DNA of 42,728 nucleotides from a virus. A program made the position numbers and the translations under genes. The notes under the pieces are model-generated. The model saw only the letters and a program-made list of their open reading frames with translations. It was not told the origin of the DNA and made no database searches. Numbering within the stretch: the first letter of the stretch is position 1; every line of letters starts with the position of its first letter. Shown here piece after piece: positions 1 to 7,986 of the stretch. Location of the stretch: IMG/VR virus record IMGVR_UViG_3300012793_000001, positions 1-42,728 of that record. One strand, written 5' to 3'.

Positions 1-123
1 CAACTCTGTATCATAAATATGCTTCCCTTTGATTCTATATGCACCGCTATCCATTCTGTAAACTTGTACATAGCTGTGCCAGTAAGTATCACTGTAATTA
101 ACGGATGAACTTGTATGCAAAAG
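1..123. repeat. Terminal overlap, identical to 42606..42728 (circular contig written with a 123-nt overlap)
   Basis: Direct reading: caactctgtatcataaatatgc...ttgtatgcaaaag is found at both ends. The junction lies inside one continuous minus-strand ORF. Confidence 0.95.
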
Positions 124-321
124 GACATCCCCTTCAAAAATCTCCACGCCGTTCTTGTCCTTTAAGCCAGTGGATTGCATGAGGGCGACCTCATCTAAAG
201 GGAAGAAATTAGAATCTCCGTACTCCCAGTGGTTAATTTTGATTTTCTTTCTAAAAAAATCAATGCTTACAACTTCTGTCAAACCTAATCTTTCATCCCA
301 ACATCTAAATTTTGGCACCAT
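1..321 (-). CDS. YopX-domain protein, 5' part. The gene wraps the window junction and continues at 42605..42489, 145 aa in total
   Basis: Hand translation from ATG 321..319 gives MVPKFRCWDERLGLTEVVSIDFF...LMQSTGLKDKNGVEIFEGDVLLHTSSSVNYSD, which joins the 42489..42725 ORF in frame. An AGGAGGG RBS lies upstream. STGLKDKNGxxIFEGD is a typical YopX motif. Confidence 0.85.
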   Translation of the reverse strand, partial: MVPKFRCWDERLGLTEVVSIDFFRKKIKINHWEYGDSNFFPLDEVALMQSTGLKDKNGVEIFEGDVLLHTSSSVNYSDTYWHSYVQVYRMDSGAYRIKGKHIYDTEL

Positions 322-569
322 CTTATCCCTCCTGTTTATTGGTATTTTCCATTTTACAAATACCCACTTTTTGCTGTTGTCATTTTTTTACCAAAATGGC
401 AAAGTGCTAACATCGCACGTGTTGGTATAGTATTTTTTTGCTTTAAGTTGCAAAAATGACCTATTTTTTGTAATTTGGTTGCAACGACACATTCTGCTAT
501 TTCGTCGTTTAATCAACTCGCTCTACATGTGATTGACATATTTGTATTCACACTAATTCGGATTTCTCC

Positions 570-806
570 TTACAAATATTTTTTAGTTATCTCCAACACT
601 TTCATAACAGTTTCTAGCGGAATAGCATGGTTACTATCTAGATTGTGAACTATCTCTGGATATACATCATCATCTTGAATCCATAAAACCATTTGCTTTT
701 TCCTATCGTTAAAATCAATAGTTATATTGTCTGTAGACATTTGGAATGTAATATTGCTGTCTAGATCGTATAAGTCCATGCTAAAGTTTACCAAGTTATT
801 GAACAT
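570..806 (-). CDS. Hypothetical early protein (78 aa)
   Basis: ORF with a GGAGTGAGAG RBS region, packed tightly behind ssb. Confidence 0.65.
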   Translation of the reverse strand: MFNNLVNFSMDLYDLDSNITFQMSTDNITIDFNDRKKQMVLWIQDDDVYPEIVHNLDSNHAIPLETVMKVLEITKKYL

Positions 807-816
807 CTCTCACTCC

Positions 817-1287
817 TTAAAATGGAAGGTCTTGACTATCAATATCGATAGACGAGTTGCTGAATGGGTCTGATTGAACGTTGTTGCGGTTTTGTTGGTT
901 GCGAGTGTAATTATTCGTTTGACTATTTGAAACGCCGCTACCTTGTGTATTTTGGCTAGAATCGGCTTTCTTGCTTTCTAGCAACTGGAAGTTATCAGCT
1001 ACGACCTCAGTGACATAGACTCGTTGTCCTTGTTGGTTATCATAAGAGCGAGTCTGAATCCGTCCTGTTATTCCGATCAACACACCTTTTTTCGCATAGT
1101 TCGCTAATGTCTCAGCTGGCTTTCTCCAAATAACACAATTGATGAAATCCGCTTCTCGCTCTCCGCTCTGATTCGTAAAATTACGATTCACAGCTAATGT
1201 GAAGGTGGCAACTGCGGTTCCGTTGCCTGTGTATTTCAAATCCGGATCTTTCGTTAGTCTTCCGACCAAAGTTAAATTGTTTATCAT
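817..1287 (-). CDS. ssb: Single-stranded DNA-binding protein
   Basis: N-terminal OB fold [20 protein letters not shown]..., a Q/N/S-rich linker and the acidic tail DIDSQDLPF. Confidence 0.95.
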   Translation of the reverse strand: MINNLTLVGRLTKDPDLKYTGNGTAVATFTLAVNRNFTNQSGEREADFINCVIWRKPAETLANYAKKGVLIGITGRIQTRSYDNQQGQRVYVTEVVADNFQLLESKKADSSQNTQGSGVSNSQTNNYTRNQQNRNNVQSDPFSNSSIDIDSQDLPF

Positions 1288-1664
1288 TTTGCTTCCTCCA
1301 GTTCAATTTCAATTCTTGGGCAATCCTTATCCACTTCAAACCGATGCTCAAAGTTGGCTATCTCGCCCCAACCATCATTTGCGATCATTCTCGCTTCAAT
1401 CATTCCGTCCAAGATAAACTTGATGCCGAACGCCACGTTGTCTTTATCTTTGCGCTTGTTTTTGCAGTACCAAGTGATTTTCAAGTTGATCGGCGTTGCC
1501 ACTCTAAGTCCTGCTGCTTTCGCCATCAAGAATGCATAGCAACATTTTTCTGTGTTCTCTTTTTTCAGCTTGGCTCCTGCATAGCGGTTCGTCCGCTGGC
1601 TATTGATGAACTTGTTCAAGTCAGTCAATTCCCCAGGAATTACAATCTTTTTGTTATAAGGCAT
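1284..1664 (-). CDS. rusA: RusA-family Holliday junction resolvase
   Basis: 126 aa. The [29 protein letters not shown] block is typical of RusA. Start and stop overlap the neighbouring genes. Confidence 0.8.
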   Translation of the reverse strand: MPYNKKIVIPGELTDLNKFINSQRTNRYAGAKLKKENTEKCCYAFLMAKAAGLRVATPINLKITWYCKNKRKDKDNVAFGIKFILDGMIEARMIANDGWGEIANFEHRFEVDKDCPRIEIELEEAK

Positions 1665-1836
1665 TTCGTTTATCCAAGAGGTCCAAAGTTATGACCGCTA
1701 TATCCCTTTCTGATAATTTCAATTCTTGTGCAACCTCCGTTGGCTTCATACCAGAATCTAAGAGTGCCGCTGCTCTCACGAGTAATCTTTTAGGGAAATC
1801 AAATCGCCACCCGTCTAAGCAAATCACTTTCTCCAT
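1654..1836 (-). CDS. Small HTH protein (60 aa)
   Basis: Contains an HTH-like MKPTEVAQELKLSERDIAVI segment. I moved the start to the second ATG (1836) because GGAGG lies 8 nt upstream of it. Confidence 0.6.
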   Translation of the reverse strand: MEKVICLDGWRFDFPKRLLVRAAALLDSGMKPTEVAQELKLSERDIAVITLDLLDKRNAL

Positions 1837-1837
1837 G

Positions 1838-2149
1838 TCATCCGCCTCCATTTTTCAAACTGATGTATAGCTGCTGCGCCTCTTTCCAAAGTTCATCTGT
1901 CGTGACATCCATGAAATTCTTTCCAAAGTGATTGCTGTCTACTAACCGCTTTGATATAAGCAAATGTCGATACATGAGCATGAACACTCTGAATTTAGCT
2001 TCCGCTCCAGTCGATTCTGTATCGCCTGTCTCTTTGACATAACCAGTCATAGACTCTAGCGGAAACTTCATCGATTCTTGATGTTCAGCAGGCAAAAGGT
2101 TGAATATCAATTTCACAGGCTTACTAAAATCCCTCTGTGTCTCCGACAT
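1838..2149 (-). CDS. Hypothetical protein (103 aa)
   Basis: ORF in operon context. It overlaps the end of the replisome organizer gene by 26 nt. Confidence 0.6.
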   Translation of the reverse strand: MSETQRDFSKPVKLIFNLLPAEHQESMKFPLESMTGYVKETGDTESTGAEAKFRVFMLMYRHLLISKRLVDSNHFGKNFMDVTTDELWKEAQQLYISLKNGGG

Positions 2150-3014
2150 CTTCTAAGAACCTCCTTAAATCTTCATCAGTCACTTTTGGCTTGTTGCTAG
2201 AATAATCGACTGGCTCCTTCGCCCAATCTGGCAGTTGTTCTTGTCGAGCATACGATCGTGCCTGCTTCTTAGGTGTTTGCTTATCCTTTCTCGCCCAAGC
2301 TCTTATGGTTGCTAGATAATTTTTGTAAGTCTTACCAGACAGCTCACAGTATTCAGAAACTCGATCGATTCGTTGCTCCCAATCGTTTGGAAACTCTTCT
2401 TTGAGTTTTTCAAGTTGTTCATCATTCAAAAGAACATTTTTATATTCACCGTATCTATGGCGAGGGGGAGTTTTCTTCTTTTTCTTTATTTCTTTTTCTT
2501 TATCTATTTCTCTCTCTTTATCTATTTCTTTATCTATATCTACTTCTTTATCTATATCTGTACCGTCACGTGACGTCACGCTAACGTCACGACTAGCCTC
2601 GAGTAATTCTTGCTTTTTACGCTCACGGTATTTCCTGTTTCTCTCAGCATTCTTTAGCCTAACTTGCTCCATTCCTTCAATATTCTGATGTTTTTCCCAG
2701 TTGCTAATAGCAATCAAGCCATCATTGTTAAGATCAATCATGTTGAAACCAGCAAGAGTTTTGAGTGCTAGTCTTACTGTGTTAACATTCTTTCCAAATA
2801 GAGTTGCTAACATTTCTTCTGTGTAGGGCATATTCCTTTGTATATAGATCAAGCCATCGTCATTGGTCTTACCTGCTAGCACTAGAAGTCTTATCCATAT
2901 GACCAAGATTGCATCTGACTCAGGAACGGCTTGGATTAACCTTATTTTTTCATCGTCAAACATTGTCGTCTTAAGCTTGATCCAACTAATTTCTGCCAAC
3001 TCCTTACCCTCCAA
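2124..3014 (-). CDS. Phage replisome organizer / replication initiator (N-terminal replisome-organizer domain, charged repeat linker)
   Basis: SWIKLKTTMFDDEKIRLIQ...ILVIWIRLLVLAGK is the typical N-terminal domain. The central DIDKEVDIDKEIDKEREIDKEKE repeat region is encoded by DNA iterons. Confidence 0.8.
   Translation of the reverse strand: MEGKELAEISWIKLKTTMFDDEKIRLIQAVPESDAILVIWIRLLVLAGKTNDDGLIYIQRNMPYTEEMLATLFGKNVNTVRLALKTLAGFNMIDLNNDGLIAISNWEKHQNIEGMEQVRLKNAERNRKYRERKKQELLEASRDVSVTSRDGTDIDKEVDIDKEIDKEREIDKEKEIKKKKKTPPRHRYGEYKNVLLNDEQLEKLKEEFPNDWEQRIDRVSEYCELSGKTYKNYLATIRAWARKDKQTPKKQARSYARQEQLPDWAKEPVDYSSNKPKVTDEDLRRFLEDVGDTEGF
2499..2591. repeat. Candidate replication origin. TTTATCTAT iteron x4 (starts 2499, 2517, 2529, 2547), CGTCACG x3 (2564, 2574, 2585) and the 12-bp palindrome CGTCACGTGACG (2564..2575)
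   Basis: Repeats read directly. They lie inside the replisome organizer gene, where several Firmicute phages carry ori. Confidence 0.5.
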
Positions 3015-3681
3015 TCCTTAATTTTATGATTTCATCCTGTTTCAATTTGATGCCTATAACGTGATACTTCTTCTTAAACTCAGTAATCCCCATTTGATGC
3101 TTCTCGGTATGATGGGTTCTGCAAAGTGCTGCAAAAGTAAATTCTGTGTGATCAACTTCTTTCCGCTTACGCCTTCCTAGGGCTTTTTCAAAGTGATCGA
3201 TGTCAGCGTTCTTTTTACCGCAAATGCAGCAAGTCCTGTTTGTCACGCATTTATAGAAAAAGTACTGTTCATTTTGTGGCGGAATCTCATAGCCCTCACG
3301 GAATGGAATGTCATTTGCGAAGATAAAATCTAGTATCAATTCATCTAATGTTGAAACTTCATCGACTGTGTTCTCCGATTGATTCGACAAGCTGATGTTC
3401 TTCCCTGTGAAGTATCGAAATTGCCAATAGAACACGTCTTTAAGGCTTTCTAATGGTTCGCCAGTGTAAATGTATATGTCTTGCATTAAAGCGAATGTGA
3501 AGCGTCTCTGTTCGACTGTGAACCCTCGTGGGTCTTTGATGAATATTTCCGCTTGTCGCTCGCCGTCATATCCATCAAAGATTGTTTTGAGTCGTTCGAT
3601 GTTAAGCGATTCTTTGAGCTGCAAAGTAACTTTATCTCCATCAACATTTGTTATTTTTGCTAGATACGAAAGATTGTTCAT
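3004..3681 (-). CDS. Putative HNHc-type nuclease associated with the recombination module
   Basis: C-terminal CCICGKKNADIDHFE...CRTHHTEKH zinc/HNH-like motif. Located between the ERF gene and the replisome organizer. Confidence 0.7.
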   Translation of the reverse strand: MNNLSYLAKITNVDGDKVTLQLKESLNIERLKTIFDGYDGERQAEIFIKDPRGFTVEQRRFTFALMQDIYIYTGEPLESLKDVFYWQFRYFTGKNISLSNQSENTVDEVSTLDELILDFIFANDIPFREGYEIPPQNEQYFFYKCVTNRTCCICGKKNADIDHFEKALGRRKRKEVDHTEFTFAALCRTHHTEKHQMGITEFKKKYHVIGIKLKQDEIIKLRIGG

Positions 3682-3686
3682 TCAAA

Positions 3687-4331
3687 TCACTTCTTGCCTT
3701 GATAGTATTTTTCCAGTTCATTCAGATATCTAGTCAATGTCCCGAGTTGTTCTGTGTTAACCTTGCTGATATCTACTGAGTAACCAATTTTCTTTTCCGT
3801 AATCTGGTCAAAGAAGTTTTTGCTTTCAAGTTTCGCCATACCAGCAATTTCATCAGATCGTTTTTGCAAAGCTTCTTGTTGCGATTTTGTAATTGGCTTA
3901 GGTGTTGCTTGCTTAACTTGCTCGGTATATTCATCCGAATCTGCATCCTTGGTATCATCAATCTGATAAAGTCCGTTCATTGCATATTTACGGGCATAAG
4001 ATGAAGCTGTTCCTGTTATTTGAGATTCATCCATTCCCTTTTTAGCAAGCGGTTCTCTAGCATATGCAGTTGCAATTTCTTCTTCGCCAGTTTTTACATC
4101 CTTGATTGATGCAGTTGCTTTAATGTAATGCCAATCGCCTATCATTACTGGCTCATCAGAAAGTTTTGCAACTAGTCCATATTTATAGGCAAGAGGTTTA
4201 ACAGCTTCCAAAATATCTTCGGCACTTCTGTAGTTGTACTTACCAAAATTATTTCTTTGGCTCTTGGGAGCTTTCAATTCTGTTATCAAAAGAGATACTC
4301 TCTCTAGAAATGTTCGTTCTTTATCGCTCAA
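3687..4331 (-). CDS. erf: ERF-family single-strand annealing recombinase
   Basis: NNFGKYNYRSAEDILEAVKPLAYKYGL and TASSYARKYAMNGLYQIDD motifs. Sits in the position of the recombination module. Confidence 0.8.
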   Translation of the reverse strand: MSDKERTFLERVSLLITELKAPKSQRNNFGKYNYRSAEDILEAVKPLAYKYGLVAKLSDEPVMIGDWHYIKATASIKDVKTGEEEIATAYAREPLAKKGMDESQITGTASSYARKYAMNGLYQIDDTKDADSDEYTEQVKQATPKPITKSQQEALQKRSDEIAGMAKLESKNFFDQITEKKIGYSVDISKVNTEQLGTLTRYLNELEKYYQGKK

Positions 4332-4663
4332 TTAAATTCCTCCTGTCTTTGTTTCAGCCATTCTTTACCACCTACAAGCCGCAACGTGCTAATCATTAGT
4401 GATTCGGGTCTATATTCATCAACCATTTTTAAAAAGTTATCTTGTTGTAAAACGTATTTAGCCATAGTTCCGTTACTGTTTTCTCGATACCCTATAAACA
4501 TCCAATCTGATTCATGAACAATCGTTCCGTTATCGTCTTCATTCCAATGTGCTGACAGGTCTACTTCTTCCTCGTTGTCGTCTAAAGAATGGATATTAGT
4601 CATCACATGGCTGGTTTCGTCTTGCATCAGGTTGTCGTAATTTGTTGCGATATAATCTGACAT
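4328..4663 (-). CDS. Hypothetical acidic protein (111 aa)
   Basis: Start moved to the internal ATG 4663, preceded by GAGAGGAGTGGGAAG. The longer track ORF would overlap the upstream gene. Confidence 0.6.
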   Translation of the reverse strand: MSDYIATNYDNLMQDETSHVMTNIHSLDDNEEEVDLSAHWNEDDNGTIVHESDWMFIGYRENSNGTMAKYVLQQDNFLKMVDEYRPESLMISTLRLVGGKEWLKQRQEEFN

Positions 4664-4736
4664 CTTCCCACTCCTCTCGATTTGTGGTAAACTTAGGTAT
4701 ATATTTTTTCGTTTCTGACTGACTATAGCTTGCCGG

Positions 4737-5003
4737 CTAGTCGGTCTTTTTTGTTTCCAATACCTCGGTTTCAATAAAATTAATCCAATATCTAGCTTTT
4801 TTTCCTACCGCTTGAATCGATGCTTCTTGTCTGTTTTCCCAGGCATCAGCAATCGTTCTTAGGCTGCTTATTAACTCAACTGCAATAATGCCCAACTTGT
4901 TAACGTTCGGAACTATGCGATCCATGTCCTCGCCATGCGAACCGGTCGCTGATGTGCTACCGATCAGGATTTGGACCAATTTTAAAATTTCATCTTCACT
5001 CAT
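4737..5003 (-). CDS. Hypothetical protein (88 aa)
   Basis: ORF with an ATGA start/stop overlap with the upstream micro-ORF. Confidence 0.6.
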   Translation of the reverse strand: MSEDEILKLVQILIGSTSATGSHGEDMDRIVPNVNKLGIIAVELISSLRTIADAWENRQEASIQAVGKKARYWINFIETEVLETKKTD

Positions 5004-5125
5004 AAATTCCCCCTCCGTTTCTTCATCCGTTCAATATTCTGTCTTGATTGAATCAAAGGCTTGTTATACTTGTACCAGCGGTCAGCAATGATTTTGCCAA
5101 TACGTAGTGCTTCAGCTCTGGTCAT
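5000..5125 (-). CDS. Micro-ORF, 41 aa (MTRAEALRIGKIIADRWYKYNKPLIQSRQNIERMKKRRGNL)
   Basis: Hand translated. Its start overlaps the upstream stop (ATAG/ATG) and its stop overlaps the downstream ATG (ATGA). Below the size cut-off of the ORF track. Confidence 0.45.
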   Translation of the reverse strand: MTRAEALRIGKIIADRWYKYNKPLIQSRQNIERMKKRRGNL

Positions 5126-5126
5126 A

Positions 5127-5264
5127 CTATTTAACCCCCATGATCCAAATCAGAGTTAACAAAAGTACAATGTTTAAACCAATGCTTAAATATGAAATTG
5201 CTTGGAGTTGTCGTGCTTTGTAAAAGTGATTTCTATTTAGACTTGCTAGCCATTTTTTCTTCAT
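5127..5264 (-). CDS. Micro-ORF, 45 aa, with one predicted TM helix (MKKKWLASLNRNHFYKARQLQAISYLSIGLNIVLLLTLIWIMGVK)
   Basis: Hand translated. AGGAGGAG RBS and a start/stop overlap with the flanking micro-ORFs. Confidence 0.5.
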   Translation of the reverse strand: MKKKWLASLNRNHFYKARQLQAISYLSIGLNIVLLLTLIWIMGVK

Positions 5265-5374
5265 GCTGACTCCTCCTTGAAATATCGATCAATCAAAGCG
5301 AGCGCTTCTTCTTTTGTAGAGACGGTATGCCACATTGTCGATCCGTTTGTTTCTATTGAGATAGTGATTTTCAT
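5261..5374 (-). CDS. Micro-ORF, 37 aa (MKITISIETNGSTMWHTVSTKEEALALIDRYFKEESA)
   Basis: Hand translated. AAAGGAGAAACCGC precedes the ATG, and the stop overlaps the next ATG. Confidence 0.45.
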   Translation of the reverse strand: MKITISIETNGSTMWHTVSTKEEALALIDRYFKEESA

Positions 5375-5381
5375 GCGGTTT

Positions 5382-5414
5382 CTCCTTTGGTATAATTGTT
5401 AAAAACTGGTGGTG
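5382..5414 (+). promoter_or_regulatory. Promoter/5'UTR cassette copy 1: extended -10 TGgTATAAT (TATAAT 5391..5396) followed by aaaaactGGTGGTG RBS
   Basis: ctcctttggtataattgttaaaaactggtggtg is near-identical to 7943..7982. It sits directly in front of the plus-strand gene at 5420. Confidence 0.65.
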
Positions 5415-5419
5415 TATTA

Positions 5420-6073
5420 ATGGAAATAAAAACGAAGAAATTTCATTCTAATAGCAGTAATTACTTGCAAAATATTACTATCGAGCTTCCTAAGTTTTGT
5501 CCGAGATGCGGAGTTTCGAACAATCCCTCAACAGAGTATTTAGGTATATCTAGCAATCTTGCATATTTCAAACACTACTGTACCGACTGCTCAAGAAACC
5601 ATTTTTGCTTCAATTTAGTTAATGATAAAATCGGTAAAATGGTAGCTTTATATCCTAACTCTCAGCCTAGTAATCTGCCAAAACTGGTTTGTGATTTTTC
5701 GCCTCGATTTGAAAAAATTTATCACGATGCGGAACTTAGTGAGTTTAATAATGCTTTAGACCTTGCTGGTGTTGGTTATCGAGTATCTTTAGAAATACTT
5801 TTGAAAGATTTTGCTTTAGCAAACGAACTTGATTCTTACGAAGAAATTGCCAAAAAGACATTAAACAATGCTATAAGCCAATACTTTAAATCAGATATTG
5901 ATCTACAAACTTCTGCAGATGTGGTCCGAATATTAGGTAACGACTATGCTCATTGGGACCAACATGAAGGGTATGACATCGAGACTTTAAAATCTTACTT
6001 ACAAATATTCATTCAAATTATCAATACTAAGCTAATGCTCAAGAATCCACCGGTATCTCGAAAAAAATCATAG
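5420..6073 (+). CDS. Zinc-ribbon plus DUF4145-like protein (217 aa), encoded opposite to the surrounding early operon
   Basis: N-terminal CPRCG...CTDC zinc ribbon. The C-terminal AGVGYRVSLEILLKDF...VRILGNDYAHW block resembles the DUF4145 R-x-x-GN-x-x-x-H signature. Start set to ATG 5420, 5 nt after GGTGGTG. Confidence 0.7.
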   Translation: MEIKTKKFHSNSSNYLQNITIELPKFCPRCGVSNNPSTEYLGISSNLAYFKHYCTDCSRNHFCFNLVNDKIGKMVALYPNSQPSNLPKLVCDFSPRFEKIYHDAELSEFNNALDLAGVGYRVSLEILLKDFALANELDSYEEIAKKTLNNAISQYFKSDIDLQTSADVVRILGNDYAHWDQHEGYDIETLKSYLQIFIQIINTKLMLKNPPVSRKKS

Positions 6074-6310
6074 TTCAATATTGTCTAGATACTCTCTGAA
6101 CATATTCAGCAGCTTTAATTTTATTTCTTTTGTTTTTATGTTTTTATCAAGTTCACTAGATATAACTTTTTTAGCTTCTGATATTTTTAATCCACTTAAT
6201 TCCGGAACGATTGCTGAAAATACTTCTTGACATATTTTTTCTTTTTCAACAATTAACTGATTTCTCTTTATCTCATAGGAAGCAAGTTGATCCATAATAT
6301 TCTTTTTCAC
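6068..6310 (-). CDS. Hypothetical coiled-coil protein (80 aa, GTG start)
   Basis: GGAAGGAGGGG RBS 6 nt upstream of GTG 6310. Converges with the 5420..6073 gene and overlaps it by 6 nt. Confidence 0.6.
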   Translation of the reverse strand: MKKNIMDQLASYEIKRNQLIVEKEKICQEVFSAIVPELSGLKISEAKKVISSELDKNIKTKEIKLKLLNMFREYLDNIEL

Positions 6311-6341
6311 CCTAGCCCCTCCTTCCGCGTGGGGTTATTTT

Positions 6342-6530
6342 TCATCCAATACTCCAGTTGCGATCGGCCACTTCATCAATACCCAACAAATCTGCAATAG
6401 CATAGATATGCTCTTTCATCAGCTCTTGAAAGTCTTCGTAAGTTGCTGGCTTTCCGTCCACTTGTAAATTTGATGATTCGGCATACTCCATTGCACTTTT
6501 TAGCGCATCTTTGACGTTCTCAAATTCCAT
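6342..6530 (-). CDS. Hypothetical acidic protein (62 aa)
   Basis: ORF whose start ATG overlaps the stop of the upstream gene. Confidence 0.55.
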   Translation of the reverse strand: MEFENVKDALKSAMEYAESSNLQVDGKPATYEDFQELMKEHIYAIADLLGIDEVADRNWSIG

Positions 6531-7045
6531 TATTTCTCCTCCAACTCCAAAACGTTCAATACTGCAGGCGTTGCTTGCAAATCTGCCAGACTAAAGTGTT
6601 CGTAGGTTAGTACATTTAAATAAGCTAAAGCTTCGTCGTAGTCCACTCGTTTAATTGATGTGTAACGGACAACGTTCATGCGTTTCTTAAGCTTAGAGTG
6701 AATGCGGCTCATGAACATACCTTTCCAAGCTTTAAATAGATTGCCGCTGTATGTTTTACCTTGGCGCTTTTGATGTTCTTCGGTTAAGCTAATGGCAAGT
6801 TTGCTGACGATTGAGCGCAATTCCTTTTGCTCTTCATACGTGATAGTGACTTGCTCAGACATTTTTTCATATAACGTGCGGCTTTCATTGACGTGTTCTT
6901 TTACTTCGTCTTTCAGTTCAATCATTTCTTCTTTGACATTTCCCATTTCACGCAACAAACTTACCAGCGCTTCACTTTGTTTGCCTTGTGTTTCTAATGT
7001 GTGGATCAATGCGATCGTGCTGTTTTCCATTAATTGATTACCCAT
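6530..7045 (-). CDS. ORF6C-domain protein (C-terminal domain of the KilA/ORF6N antirepressor families)
   Basis: The FKAWKGMFMSRIHSKLKKRMNVVRYTSIKRVDYDEALAYL block is typical of the ORF6C domain. Confidence 0.6.
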   Translation of the reverse strand: MGNQLMENSTIALIHTLETQGKQSEALVSLLREMGNVKEEMIELKDEVKEHVNESRTLYEKMSEQVTITYEEQKELRSIVSKLAISLTEEHQKRQGKTYSGNLFKAWKGMFMSRIHSKLKKRMNVVRYTSIKRVDYDEALAYLNVLTYEHFSLADLQATPAVLNVLELEEK

Positions 7046-7941
7046 GCTACTTCTCCTCCGATTTCTTGTTTGATTTGTTTTAATAATTTTTCAACTCTGG
7101 AAATTGAATCCGTGAGTTTTTGCTTTGTCTCATCATTCGCCCCAGCGATTGCTTGTGAATCGTATACCGTTACCGCTTGTTCTTTAACAAATTGATTCAT
7201 ATTGATAATGAGTTTGTGCACACTGATATCGGCATCACGTTGTAGACGTTTTAGTTGTGCTTGTTCTAGTTCATCGGTTTCAACCTTCGCTTTTTCTTGC
7301 AACGCTTTTTCGGAATCCGCTATCCGCTGTTTCAAAGCTTCTTGTTCAGCTTTAAGCGCTTGGTTTTCTCTGGTGATTTCATCAACGATCTTTGTAGATT
7401 GCTTAAGCTGCTGATAGTCGTCTGGAACCTTTTCGACAATGACTTCTTTTTCAATTACTTCCGTTTCTTGCTCATTCAGATCATCAATCATCTGTGCTTG
7501 TAGTTTATTTTGCTCATCCTTAGCTTTTAGCTGCTTTTCAAGCTCTCTGTATTCTTTGGTGGTTTTTATATCACCCGAGAGCACCATTTCTACTGCTTCT
7601 GGTTTAGCTGACGGTTTAGATATTTCTGTTTTGAGTGTGGTTGGTAGTTCTTGGAACATTTCGATTTGTTCGTATTCGTGCATTTGATGCACAAATTTGG
7701 CTTGATTGATATAGTTGTAAACAGTTCTCTTTTTTAAGCCGATTGACGTGAACCACTTTTCGAAGGTTCCTGTTTTATAACTTGCCAGCTTTTCTTGTGC
7801 TTCTATAAGTTTTTCTCCTAATTGAATCGAGCTATTCAAAACAATTGATTGTAGTTCTTGTTCTTTTAGTTTTAAAAATTGTGCAGTGGTATCATCTACT
7901 ATTGAATAGTCAAAATTTGTTGAAACTTCATTCAATGTCAT
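7030..7941 (-). CDS. DUF3102-like early protein with a long coiled coil (303 aa)
   Basis: N-terminal LGEKLIEAQEKLASYKTGTFEKWFTSIGLKKRTVYNYINQAKF resembles DUF3102. The C-terminal half is heptad-rich. Confidence 0.55.
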   Translation of the reverse strand: MTLNEVSTNFDYSIVDDTTAQFLKLKEQELQSIVLNSSIQLGEKLIEAQEKLASYKTGTFEKWFTSIGLKKRTVYNYINQAKFVHQMHEYEQIEMFQELPTTLKTEISKPSAKPEAVEMVLSGDIKTTKEYRELEKQLKAKDEQNKLQAQMIDDLNEQETEVIEKEVIVEKVPDDYQQLKQSTKIVDEITRENQALKAEQEALKQRIADSEKALQEKAKVETDELEQAQLKRLQRDADISVHKLIINMNQFVKEQAVTVYDSQAIAGANDETKQKLTDSISRVEKLLKQIKQEIGGEVAWVIN

Positions 7942-7942
7942 T

Positions 7943-7982
7943 CTCCTTTCTTTGGTATAATTGTTTTAAAAACTGGTGGTGG
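7943..7982 (+). promoter_or_regulatory. Promoter/5'UTR cassette copy 2: extended -10 TGgTATAAT (TATAAT 7956..7961) followed by aaaaactGGTGGTGG RBS
   Basis: ctcctttctttggtataattgttttaaaaactggtggtgg lies directly in front of the plus-strand gene at 7987. Confidence 0.65.
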
Positions 7983-7986
7983 TTAA

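Noticed and set aside
1-123. Terminal repeat as a biological DTR or as att sites of an integrated element
   Set aside because: The junction falls inside a continuous ORF, the packaging genes are of the cos/HNH type, and an intact attP-like region is present internally. An assembly overlap of a circular molecule is the simpler explanation.
155-430. 91-aa plus-strand ORF at the window start
   Set aside because: It lies antisense to the YopX gene, which has a clear RBS and family motif. It has no RBS and the translation is hydrophobic junk.
2461-2600. Short regularly spaced repeats that might suggest a CRISPR array or minisatellite
   Set aside because: The repeat units are 7-9 nt with 3-9 nt between them, lie inside a coding region and have no spacer-like unique segments. 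They are iterons or coding repeats, not CRISPR.
2373-2688. Two plus-strand ORFs (66 and 95 aa) with F/S/L-rich repeats
   Set aside because: They are the antisense reading of the DIDKE-encoding iteron region and are low-complexity shadow ORFs.
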